From a virus (lineage: Duplodnaviria > Caudoviricetes), in IMG/VR virus record IMGVR_UViG_3300048586_000467, positions 1 to 62,952 of that record: a stretch of 62,952 nucleotides of DNA; one strand, written 5' to 3'. The notes under the pieces are model-generated. The model saw nothing but the letters and a program-made list of their open reading frames with translations, did not search any database and was not told the DNA's origin. The position numbers and the translations under genes are program-made. Below, piece after piece: positions 18,401 through 26,577 of the stretch (position 1 is the stretch's first letter; every line of letters starts with the position of its first letter).

Positions 18401-18639
18401 CGTGCGCCTGCGGTCGTCCCGAAGTCAACCGTCATGCCCGCCCTGACGTCCGTGTAGGCCCCCAGCGTGACGTTATCAAATGTGACCTGGTAGTAGACGC
18501 CGCTGCTGCTGTCGGTTGGCGGCTGGCCGTTGATCTGCGCCTGAAAGACCGCAGTGCGCGGGTTGACCGACAGGTAGCGCTCGACGTCGTATTCGAGGTT
18601 TTCGAGGATGGCGAGCTGGGGCGCGGTGGGTTTGGGCAT
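15496..18639 (-). CDS. Large tail/baseplate hub protein with C-terminal Asp-box propeller
   Basis: 1047 aa downstream of TMP; SRNGAQTW and SEDGGPF repeats. Confidence 0.7.
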   Translation of the reverse strand: MPKPTAPQLAILENLEYDVERYLSVNPRTAVFQAQINGQPPTDSSSGVYYQVTFDNVTLGAYTDVRAGMTVDFGTTAGARDIGSVRVRKAPTSSILYIAATAPGKLDLYDNVYLTVRDEYLIWNRQWRLTASASGTSYNNTFTQYKDFDEVYSDQNEDMLPIANIVHAVDANGDWLPVCMAGFNDPGEDYRTVQLTAVGVAMAAGATISGVEWDIADGTLVDGYELTDTTILVTFPKSTPHRHIHLEVTDTNGKVGWKPLGIYVADRDNPPLSNFRVERDERFEGRDLTLVFFGNEDEADEVDVPRQTECIYWEVATFGDDEAPDCYLGQTRGWAVRETTLYKPDADEWTLELGGGATWLRNWGGPSDKITNGTGRWNLMPNITIDRLIAYDLGQHSTFLQICNFRPSGITNATREETIDEGKLWDQLVSLGKRITADPYCDELGGLRIKPHISYMSSGDRAAVPVAASLTPDHWPYESGLSLLNELLERVGLTEVGGKNWNGSTEGKWLARGPGRTGSGVGGRQDYDTGVILPTTSPLARLMEIAGHHWARLNNPRPEVTLVRLGNADHMRPGDLVSITYEDDSLTGATLSNVLFIVKRISVAHSQEPGAQEKVITYTLEQVTRGNPGQEQPIAQSTTPGLGTIYTPPSLSFPGLYVPQLTPSQLYGIPRGTVTLAAFTTANELLRTGPNINGSGFDIRSSMSGPRWHVLNLTTLTNWGGGNVLMFIVDAQSYKSSTVDGWIVTTTQFQKISNIFGSPTLSAAVALGGTTDDRRMQFERGIPNFGVITSYRYGVGIDVHRTLDGLTLTKTNTFANWDLGAGISHSTGVAVSPHQNRTIISLFVNSASIGSQLTDGRVSTDSAMTFGDLSNPNITSTGNAGMAFEIHVPFEDDSTAYFGHVTHDGGLRRLLRLYKVVGAGAQADVSPVVSGIKYGPEFQFSVKTCDIDKNRVLLFGHRNNAQSDDRYGVFLSRNGAQTWETLVQPDVLSTVKLTAGNISGDDPDVLYGWGINGEIAVSEDGGPFDSRKGDYTGSGRIVNICGGGNAA

Positions 18640-19061
18640 CAGGCTTCCTCAAGCGCCACCATGCGCTCAAAATCAAACGTCAGGCTGGCCAGCCCATTAC
18701 GGAAGAATTGGCGCACGCCGCCGCTATAGTCCAGCCAGTGAGCGATTACGTTGAAGTTATTGAACGGATGTCCCGGCAGGTTGTAATTTGGCATCCGCAT
18801 GGTCATCGCCACTGTTTGGGCCGTCCACAGGTTCTCGTGCAGGTATTCAACTTCAGCAAGTTCACAGGCCGCCAGCGTCCAACGTGCGCGTGACCGTCCG
18901 ATCAGCTTGCGTGTCCGGTCACCCGCAATGACCTGAGGCTGAAGCCAGTCGTCGTCGATGGTCCCGAGCAGTTCGTAGCGCGAGAACAGCGGCGCCGACA
19001 GCAGGTGCAGCGCCACCGGTGTTTCGTTGTGTCCAACCACCAGGCCGTAGTAGTCGCTCAT
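18639..19061 (-). CDS. Distal tail-like protein
   Basis: Immediately downstream of tape measure. Confidence 0.55.
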   Translation of the reverse strand: MSDYYGLVVGHNETPVALHLLSAPLFSRYELLGTIDDDWLQPQVIAGDRTRKLIGRSRARWTLAACELAEVEYLHENLWTAQTVAMTMRMPNYNLPGHPFNNFNVIAHWLDYSGGVRQFFRNGLASLTFDFERMVALEEA

Positions 19062-21862
19062 CAGAGACGCACCCCCGCGTAGCGCTGCTGCTGAAGCCGT
19101 GGAATGATGTTGGTCAGGAACTTCTGTTCTACCTTGGCGGCAATCGCATCAGCGTCCAGGTTGCTGCCGTTGATCGGGATCGACATGCCTCGGAAGTCGA
19201 TGTACGTATCGCCCCCACCCTGCCCCCGACGACCACCGGGCAATACCGATGTATCACCTTCCAGCAGCTGCCGCGTTTTCGAAGCATTCAGGACATACGT
19301 CTGATCGTCGAAGATCATGAACTGTCCGCGTCGGTTGATGCCCGACTCCATGCCTTCTTCGTTGACATTCACAAGGCGACGTGCAGGCGTGTCACCCCCA
19401 GCGGCGCGCTGCAGGAAGCCCGCTGCAAACGGGTCCTGCACATAGACGTACTGGGGCGTGATGACTGAAGACTGGTTATTGGCCTGCCGCACGAGGTTAT
19501 TGGCAATCCCGATCATGCGGTTGGCCCACTCTGCTGTCGCGATCAGCACCGCGTTATTGGCCTGGTTTTTCAGGCTGATCTCGCTATTGAGCGCAGTCGA
19601 TAGATTCGACAGTTCGATGTTGTAGGCCTGGATTTGCAGGTTCACATCCTGCTGATACTTCGCCAGCGTCGCGTTGACCTCACGGCGGTTCTGATCGATG
19701 AGCTGGTTGTAGCGCTTCTGGTAATCGCGCAGCCGTTCCTGTTCCTGCTCGTCGAGCGAGTCCTTGAGATTGTCGAGGTCTTCCTTACGCTGGTCGCTTT
19801 GCGTATCGAACTTGTCCTGCTCATCCTGCACCTGGTTGCGAAGGTCACGCTCCGCTTCCAGCGCAGCACGAATGTTGCCGTCGGCCGCCGCATCTTCGAT
19901 GCGAATCTGCCCGTCGCGCTGAATGCGCAGCAGGTTATCCCGGTGATCTTTCACACGCCGGACTTCGGCCTGGTGGAACTTTTCGAGCTGGTCTTCTGCA
20001 CGGATCTGGTCCCGGCGCTGCTGTTCGAAGAAGGTGTCATCCAGATTCGCCAGCCCCTGATCGAGCTGGTCTGCCAGTTCTGTCAGGCGGTTATCACGGG
20101 CCACAGTCAACCGACTGATGGTCTGGTTCAGCTGTTCGTCCAACTTCTCCGTTTCTTCTCGCAACTGTCGCACCGCGACGTCCGGGCGGACTGACGCTAG
20201 AGTGTTCAGTTCGGCGTTCAGATCCACCATCCGCTGCTGAGCCGCGCTGAGGCGCTGCGCCCCTTCGTCGGACGCGGCCGAGAGCGCAATCAGTTCCGGG
20301 AGCTGACGTGCAATCGCCTCCTGCTCGGCTCGAATGGCCTGGGCGCGTTGATCGATCCCTTCCACGGTGCCACGGGACAACAGTTCGGCAGCCTGCGTCT
20401 CCATCGCAATCCGCTGATCGATCACGCGAAGCTGCTGTTCAATCGCCATCTCTTCGCGTTCACGTAGGCTGATGTTGACTTCCAACGCCCGGTTGACACG
20501 GTCAATGTCGTCGCGGTTCTGGCGCAACTGATCGCGATAGACCATGTATTGGTTAATCAGATCAGGCGGCACACTGGCGGCCGCCAACGCGCTGCGTATC
20601 GCATCGCTCGACGATTGCCCCTCGGCCACAAAGCGATCTGCCTGTTCGCGGATCTGGGCCGTCGTCGCACCATAACTGGTCGAGATCGACTCCATCGCCG
20701 CCTCAAGGCCGCGATTCTCGGCGCGATACTGGTCGATCCGGTCACGGGCCTGTGTCGACGACATGCGGCTGAATTCACGCTCCTGAAGCACGTTTTGCCG
20801 CGCCTCATCCGCACTGGCCTGCACCGTTTTGGCCCGGGCTTCGGCAAGCTGGCGCTCCATTTCAATCGCGTCGTTGCCGGCAAAGACGTTTTGCTCCAAC
20901 CCCTGCTGGTAGCGGGTCGTCGTCTGGGTATTGGTCTGAAGCTCGGCCTCGGTCTTCTTCAGCGCTTCTTCGAGCGCACTAAAGGCACCCGCCGCAAACA
21001 TGCTGCGTGCGACCGGGTCGCCAAACTGAGCCTGCGCCTGCTGAAACGCCGAGTCGAGTGCGTTCTTGGCCTCGGCGCGCTGCGCTTCGAGGGCCGGGCG
21101 GATGCGTTCCAGCGTGGCGATCTGTTCACGCACCTGCTCTGAAGTCAGCGTGCCGACGGCGTTGTAATAGTTTTCCTGCGCCGAGACCGCCCCATCCAGC
21201 AGGCGTTTGCTCGCCTCAATTTCCTTATTGAAACGATCCACTCCAATCGCCATCGCGACCACACCCGCCGCCGCGATAGGCCCGGCAATCGCCAGTTGGG
21301 ATGCGCCTGCCCCAAGTGCATCCAAGCCTGCACCCGCGCCGCGCAGCAAGCGCCCGATCTGATCCGTCGACAGGCCGCCCCCAATCTGAATGGAGGGCAA
21401 ATTGAACAGCATGCGACCGGCGCTGGTGACCCGATTGCCAAAGGACGCACCGCCTCCACCGCCATCGCCGCCGCCACCCATGAAGTCGCGTCGGAGCTGT
21501 CCTGTGAAACTATCATTTCCTTCACGGGCATTGCGGACCACCTGCGCATCAGCTAACCGTCGACTGATCGTGCCGCTGACGCGCTCATTCATCGGCGTCT
21601 TGGCGATCCGGTCGAGGTTTTCCAGCTCTTTCCGCAGCGCTTCAATGTCGTTCTGGGTTTCTTTGGTGTCCTGACGCATCCGGCGGAATTCGTTGCGCAC
21701 CGATTCAACGCCAAGTCGACTGGCTGGCCCCAGGTCACCCAGGTCATTGCCGACACTGCCAACCCGCTCTCGCAACATCTCCGTATCCCGGATTGTGTCT
21801 GCGAGAGCGGCCTTGTCAGAGCGCCATCGAACTATGAATTCCGAAACTTCGTCGGCCATCAT
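19061..21862 (-). CDS. Tape measure protein
   Basis: 933 aa, helical and A/Q/E/R-rich, C-terminal AAGG…VNEEGME. Confidence 0.85.
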   Translation of the reverse strand: MMADEVSEFIVRWRSDKAALADTIRDTEMLRERVGSVGNDLGDLGPASRLGVESVRNEFRRMRQDTKETQNDIEALRKELENLDRIAKTPMNERVSGTISRRLADAQVVRNAREGNDSFTGQLRRDFMGGGGDGGGGGASFGNRVTSAGRMLFNLPSIQIGGGLSTDQIGRLLRGAGAGLDALGAGASQLAIAGPIAAAGVVAMAIGVDRFNKEIEASKRLLDGAVSAQENYYNAVGTLTSEQVREQIATLERIRPALEAQRAEAKNALDSAFQQAQAQFGDPVARSMFAAGAFSALEEALKKTEAELQTNTQTTTRYQQGLEQNVFAGNDAIEMERQLAEARAKTVQASADEARQNVLQEREFSRMSSTQARDRIDQYRAENRGLEAAMESISTSYGATTAQIREQADRFVAEGQSSSDAIRSALAAASVPPDLINQYMVYRDQLRQNRDDIDRVNRALEVNISLREREEMAIEQQLRVIDQRIAMETQAAELLSRGTVEGIDQRAQAIRAEQEAIARQLPELIALSAASDEGAQRLSAAQQRMVDLNAELNTLASVRPDVAVRQLREETEKLDEQLNQTISRLTVARDNRLTELADQLDQGLANLDDTFFEQQRRDQIRAEDQLEKFHQAEVRRVKDHRDNLLRIQRDGQIRIEDAAADGNIRAALEAERDLRNQVQDEQDKFDTQSDQRKEDLDNLKDSLDEQEQERLRDYQKRYNQLIDQNRREVNATLAKYQQDVNLQIQAYNIELSNLSTALNSEISLKNQANNAVLIATAEWANRMIGIANNLVRQANNQSSVITPQYVYVQDPFAAGFLQRAAGGDTPARRLVNVNEEGMESGINRRGQFMIFDDQTYVLNASKTRQLLEGDTSVLPGGRRGQGGGDTYIDFRGMSIPINGSNLDADAIAAKVEQKFLTNIIPRLQQQRYAGVRL

Positions 21863-22112
21863 TCATCTTCCGGTAGCCCGTCGCGCTGGAACTGGAGCAG
21901 ATACCCGGCCTGAAAGACATCCCTGCGCCAGTCGCGTGGAATGGCGGCAATTTCGTCTGGCAGTGGCATCCGCCCCGTAATTTCCATCTGACGAAAGGCG
22001 TCGGTGGCTAAGAACGGGTCGTAGGTAAAGCGCCAGTCCTCCGGCTCTTCGTCGACCCGTGTTTTCTTACGCTCGCCCTCCGCGATTCTTTTCCAGTGCT
22101 GGCGGAGTTTTA
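21859..22112 (-). CDS. Frameshift extension of tail assembly chaperone (gpT-like)
   Basis: Open -1 frame without its own start, overlapping chaperone stop and coupled to TMP start. Confidence 0.6.
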
Positions 22113-22646
22113 CCCGGCTTTCTTTGCGCCGGGTTCGGAGTTTGGGTCCGCACGCTCCGCATCGGTCAGCTTTTCGTCTGGCAGCAAGGGGCGTGGTGCG
22201 CCGAGACTGATCGCATGTGCGCCGCTGTAGGCCTTCTTCCATGCTTCCTGAACGGACCAGCCCATGTCGAGGCGGTAGTTCCAGAGCGCCAGGTAGTCCG
22301 GCAGCGGCATGGTCGCCTCGTTGATCCACCAGGTGACGAAGGCATGAAACGCTTCCAGCTCGATATGGTCATGCCAATCTGAGAGCTGAAACGTGCTCGT
22401 TGCGACCAGCCAGCCCGCGAAGTTGGCCGCCTCATTCATCAGACTGTCGTCTGTGATCTTATTGGCGGTCTTGAGGCCCTCATAGATCTGGCGCATGTGG
22501 GCATCATCACCGAGCGTCGTGTAACGCATCCCGAAGACAATGCGCCCGAAAAAGGCCGTATGCTCATACGTTGCCGGACGGCGATTCGGCACCGTCAGCG
22601 TTTCCACTGCCGGCGTCTGGTTTGGTGCTGCGGCCTTTTCGGTCAT
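22110..22646 (-). CDS. Tail assembly chaperone (gpG-like)
   Basis: Between major tail and TMP genes; ends GCA AAG AAA GCC GGG TAA. Confidence 0.65.
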   Translation of the reverse strand: MTEKAAAPNQTPAVETLTVPNRRPATYEHTAFFGRIVFGMRYTTLGDDAHMRQIYEGLKTANKITDDSLMNEAANFAGWLVATSTFQLSDWHDHIELEAFHAFVTWWINEATMPLPDYLALWNYRLDMGWSVQEAWKKAYSGAHAISLGAPRPLLPDEKLTDAERADPNSEPGAKKAG

Positions 22647-22902
22647 TACCCTTGATCTCCTGGGTCTGCTCTTCGTTGGCGGGCGGCGCCATCAGCGCCT
22701 TGACTTCGGCGATTGCGGCCTCGCAATCCTTACCAATGGGCAGCATGACGAAACAACGCTGCCCTTCTTGGTTGCGTCCAATCCCCTGCTGGATCGACTC
22801 GGCGATCTTGTATTCATCGCCGAGCACGTTGCGCTTTGGGAAGTTGAACTTGCCATCCGCGCCCTGGGTGCCAAGGCGCGGGTCGATGTTCTGGTCACTC
22901 AT
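22564..22902 (-). CDS. Hypothetical tail-region protein
   Basis: GAGG RBS; overlaps next gene by 83 nt. Confidence 0.55.
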   Translation of the reverse strand: MSDQNIDPRLGTQGADGKFNFPKRNVLGDEYKIAESIQQGIGRNQEGQRCFVMLPIGKDCEAAIAEVKALMAPPANEEQTQEIKGNDRKGRSTKPDAGSGNADGAESPSGNV

Positions 22903-22940
22903 GAGCGGTGTCCTCAGTAACCCAACCCGTGTCGATGTGA

Positions 22941-23828
22941 CTAGGCCGGGATCGCATCGAATTCAGTCAGATACAGGGAGTGCCACTGCTCGTTTGCGGC
23001 GGTGGCTGGCAGGACAACAGCGCCCGTGGTGGTCGAGACCGACGTCGGCGCGCTCGCGACACTGTCCTTGGTGAACCAGTTGTCGGTGTTGCCGCCGGTG
23101 ACGGTGCTTTTGACTGGCAGATACCCCAGGTTGAAACCACCTGCTTCGGCGTCCAGGTCCGCCACGTGGAAGGTCAAGCCAATCGGGTGCTCGGTGACCG
23201 CATAGAAGTAGTCGGTCATGTTGTCTTTGTAGCCCTGGTTCGTACCAAAGGCCACGCCGTTCGGGAACTTGCCGCTGAAGCTGGGACGGATGACGCCGCG
23301 CCCCGGCGACACGTTACGCCCGCCCTCGCGGGTGAAGCTCGCCAGGTCGAGTTCCATCTCGAAATTCGGCAGGAAGAAGTTGAGGTAGTAGTTATCCCCG
23401 TCGCTCCCCGCTTCACGGCTCTGGAAACGCGCCGTGAAGATTGCGCCCATCTGCTGCAGCACCGGATTGGCGTGGTTGGGGCTAAACATGGCCCAGTTGG
23501 CGACGGTGGTCGTATCGATCTTCGACTTGTTCGCCATTGTCATGATGTTGGCGTCGAGGTTGGCGAAATCGACCTGGATCTGCCCCATTGACTCGACCCC
23601 GCCGGTCATCTGACCGAGAATGCCGCGACCGCCGAGAAATTCGTTGATGGCGCGCTGCACCTGGGGCATGGTCGCCGTAACCGGGTCACGAACCAGGTAG
23701 GCGTGACTGGTCACCGGGGCGGTGATGGCGGCAGGGTTGGCAAGAATGCCATAAGCCTTGCTGTTGTAGCGCTTATAGAACTGGGCATAGATAAATTGTG
23801 CGACACTGCCTTTTCCAGGCGTTGGCAT
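22941..23828 (-). CDS. Major tail protein
   Basis: 295 aa beta-rich, AAGGAGG RBS, synteny. Confidence 0.7.
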   Translation of the reverse strand: MPTPGKGSVAQFIYAQFYKRYNSKAYGILANPAAITAPVTSHAYLVRDPVTATMPQVQRAINEFLGGRGILGQMTGGVESMGQIQVDFANLDANIMTMANKSKIDTTTVANWAMFSPNHANPVLQQMGAIFTARFQSREAGSDGDNYYLNFFLPNFEMELDLASFTREGGRNVSPGRGVIRPSFSGKFPNGVAFGTNQGYKDNMTDYFYAVTEHPIGLTFHVADLDAEAGGFNLGYLPVKSTVTGGNTDNWFTKDSVASAPTSVSTTTGAVVLPATAANEQWHSLYLTEFDAIPA

Positions 23829-23838
23829 GGCAGCCTCC

Positions 23839-24345
23839 TTAGTGGTTGCCTAGAACGGGCGGAAAGCTCACGGTGAACGGGAGCGTCAACGTGAACTCAA
23901 TCCCGATGTGACTGTTGTTGTCGAAAACGCCATAGGGTGAGGTCTGTTCGATTGCTACCCCGTCGACGTCGAGATACTTCGGAACCTTCTGGCCCGCAGT
24001 GATAATCAGGCCACGACGCATATCGAAGTAATTGATGACCGTGGGCATGATGACCCATAGCTTTTCTTCGAGACGCCCGTCATAGTTACTGCCAACGACA
24101 CCCAGAATCAGCCGCAGTGCCACCGGATAGACCTGACGGTTCATCTGGGCCGCGACGCGCTCGCGCGTGTTCGTCGAGCCGGGATAAATCCACCAGATCG
24201 GGACGGGCGGCTTGAGATTGACGTATTTCGCCACCCGCACCACCGGGGGATCGAATGTGCTGGACACATCCAGCAACCCTTCTTTGACCCGGTCGATTGC
24301 CACGTCGAGATAGGTGTTATTGACTTGGCTCATATCGCGCCCCAT
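23839..24345 (-). CDS. Tail terminator/neck protein
   Basis: Synteny (start may be 24333). Confidence 0.55.
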   Translation of the reverse strand: MGRDMSQVNNTYLDVAIDRVKEGLLDVSSTFDPPVVRVAKYVNLKPPVPIWWIYPGSTNTRERVAAQMNRQVYPVALRLILGVVGSNYDGRLEEKLWVIMPTVINYFDMRRGLIITAGQKVPKYLDVDGVAIEQTSPYGVFDNNSHIGIEFTLTLPFTVSFPPVLGNH

Positions 24346-25295
24346 GCGCCTTTCTGGTCGGTCTGCGCCTTGGGCGCGAACGTCTCCAGAATCGCCGAGA
24401 CTTCATGCGGCGCGTCCGGCGGGAAGGTGATGGTTCCCATCCCGTCATTTTTCTTGTCGGCATAGTTACCGCGCCGCGAATACAGATAGGCCACCCAGAG
24501 GACACACGCCCGCTGGATCATCGATTCCGGCTGCCAGACGTAGATGAGCGTGTTCTGGTTGTGCGCCGCCGCGCTGGTCCCACGCACGGCGCGGGCAACG
24601 GTCAGCGTGTCGGGATCCGCCTCTTCTTCGCCTTCGGTGATCGCCTCGATCAGCAGCCATTCGCTTTCGATCTGAAGCAACTGCCCCACCGACAGCCCCG
24701 ATGCATCAGTAACCGTCAGTGCGTTCGCATCGGCAGCCAATGGGTTATTGCCCACCACCTGGTTGTGTTTGCGCCAGGCGTGCGCGTAGTCGCTGTGGTA
24801 GCCCCATGTCCCGGTGATCCTGATGGCTTCGACCGGGTCGGTGTCGTACTCACTCCAGGCATGGGCCGACTCGGGCAACATACGCAGTGCCCAGGCAGGC
24901 GTGGTATTGCGCGGATACAGATAGAAATCCGCATCCGCGCGGCCTTCACGGGTGCCGTCCCACAGATCCAGCGTCTCGCCCATGCCGTCTTCAACCTCGC
25001 TCACAGTGAGCAGGGGTTGACGGAGTTGCAAGAGCAGATCAGGGTCATCCGCCTGGCCCTGTGTCAGCACACTGGGACCCCAACTGTTCGCCATGGACGC
25101 CTGCGGCGCGTCGACGTAGCGGGTGGCTTTACGTGGCGCAAACTCAAAGCCCAGCGAAGGCCAGTTGTCGATCCGCTCGGTCACCCACTCCAGCGCCTGG
25201 AGGACGTAAGCGTCTTCCTCGGCTGTCGTTTCGTTACCGGCTGTATCGACCACCAGCTCCTGTCGGGCTTCCTGCAGAGTCGCATACCACGTCAT
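24330..25295 (-). CDS. Head-tail adaptor
   Basis: YATLQEARQEL, ITGTWGY, IQRAC…AYLY pattern with inserted beta-domain. Confidence 0.7.
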   Translation of the reverse strand: MTWYATLQEARQELVVDTAGNETTAEEDAYVLQALEWVTERIDNWPSLGFEFAPRKATRYVDAPQASMANSWGPSVLTQGQADDPDLLLQLRQPLLTVSEVEDGMGETLDLWDGTREGRADADFYLYPRNTTPAWALRMLPESAHAWSEYDTDPVEAIRITGTWGYHSDYAHAWRKHNQVVGNNPLAADANALTVTDASGLSVGQLLQIESEWLLIEAITEGEEEADPDTLTVARAVRGTSAAAHNQNTLIYVWQPESMIQRACVLWVAYLYSRRGNYADKKNDGMGTITFPPDAPHEVSAILETFAPKAQTDQKGAWGAI

Positions 25296-25603
25296 TAGAG
25301 CCGCTCCAGCGTGATTGCCACGGTCGCATCTGACGCGCCGGAACGGATCAGACGCAGCGCCTTGAGGTTGTGGTTGCCGTCGAGAATCAGCGTGCCATTG
25401 GTCGGCACCTGATGCCCGGCGCTGGTCGTAGGGTCACCGCCGTCATAGCGGAAATGCAGCGCATTGCTGTTGACCGTCAGGCGGACCCGGTCCGCGCCAT
25501 CAACCAATGCCGCCGTCAATCCGCTGATGTCTGCGAGGCTCAGGGCGGTGTTGCTGACCGTCCCTGAGCCGAACCCGATGGGCGTACCTGCGTTGAGCGC
25601 CAT
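25295..25603 (-). CDS. Virion structural/decoration protein
   Basis: Synteny; RYDGGDPT motif. Confidence 0.55.
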   Translation of the reverse strand: MALNAGTPIGFGSGTVSNTALSLADISGLTAALVDGADRVRLTVNSNALHFRYDGGDPTTSAGHQVPTNGTLILDGNHNLKALRLIRSGASDATVAITLERL

Positions 25604-25612
25604 CGCGCACCT

Positions 25613-26035
25613 CTACATCAAAATGTAGAAGACGGCGACCGTTGCGGCCCCGGCTTCAGCGGCGTCTCCGGTCCCGGCGAATGTCGCCGTGACGTCGGTT
25701 TCTTCTGCCAGCGCTGCGAACAGCCCTGGCGCTGGCCCGGTGGTCAACTGACCGGCGGTATCGACACCCCAGCCGTCCGCCAGCCCATCGCCGTCCGATC
25801 CCAGCCCGATATCGAGCAGGTTGGTGGTGCTCGCGTCGAAGGCGGTCGACACGTTGACGACAATCGCGACCGGGATCGCGCCCGCCGGCAGGGTGAACAG
25901 CGTCTTGGCAGTCGTATTGGTATACGCCACGCTGCCAGATTTCATGTTCACCTGCCCGCCGAGCGCATACGGCCCGTAACCGTCGTTGTCCGCGATAATG
26001 TTGCCGCGCGCCTGATTGTGTGTTTTCTGAACCAT
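25613..26035 (-). CDS. Capsid decoration-like protein
   Basis: LPAGA…V.TAFD pattern; synteny. Confidence 0.6.
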   Translation of the reverse strand: MVQKTHNQARGNIIADNDGYGPYALGGQVNMKSGSVAYTNTTAKTLFTLPAGAIPVAIVVNVSTAFDASTTNLLDIGLGSDGDGLADGWGVDTAGQLTTGPAPGLFAALAEETDVTATFAGTGDAAEAGAATVAVFYILM

Positions 26036-26079
26036 CAGCTTCCCTCGTCTAGGCGAAGAACGCGCTCAGACCCGTGGGC

Positions 26080-26517
26080 CTAGCGGTCCTCGTAGCGGTC
26101 GAAGCCGATGACGTTGACGGCGAAGTCGACCGTTGGCGTGCTTGTGCCGCCAATCGTCCACTTCACGCGGATCTGGGCCTTCAGATACTGGCGCTTGAGG
26201 CCGCGCACCTGATAGCTCGCCGCCGCGTTGGTGACCTGATCGAACTTGGCCCCGGCGCCGTCGGAATTATCCGCCGGATCGAACCAGGCATGATCAGGCA
26301 CCGGCGCCCAGCTATCGCTCGCGTCCACCCGCTCTTCAACGGTAACGTCGAGCGTCGGGTTGGTCCCGGAAACGGTCGCTGCCGACAGGGACAGCAGGAG
26401 GTTGCCTTCAAGGCGCTTGATGTCGAGCGCACTGCCCTGGCTGGAGCTGGTGCGGCGGCCTGCCGCAGCCCCTTCCAGCGAGGTAAAGGCGCTCTCTGGA
26501 TAGAATGCTGGATACAT
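26080..26517 (-). CDS. Head decoration-like protein
   Basis: SGTNPTLDV…IGGTSTP; follows MCP. Confidence 0.6.
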   Translation of the reverse strand: MYPAFYPESAFTSLEGAAAGRRTSSSQGSALDIKRLEGNLLLSLSAATVSGTNPTLDVTVEERVDASDSWAPVPDHAWFDPADNSDGAGAKFDQVTNAAASYQVRGLKRQYLKAQIRVKWTIGGTSTPTVDFAVNVIGFDRYEDR

Positions 26518-26577
26518 GACACGGACCTTTCCGCTCCGAAGAGCGTCAGCTTGAGGACGATGAAAACGGACGTGCGA

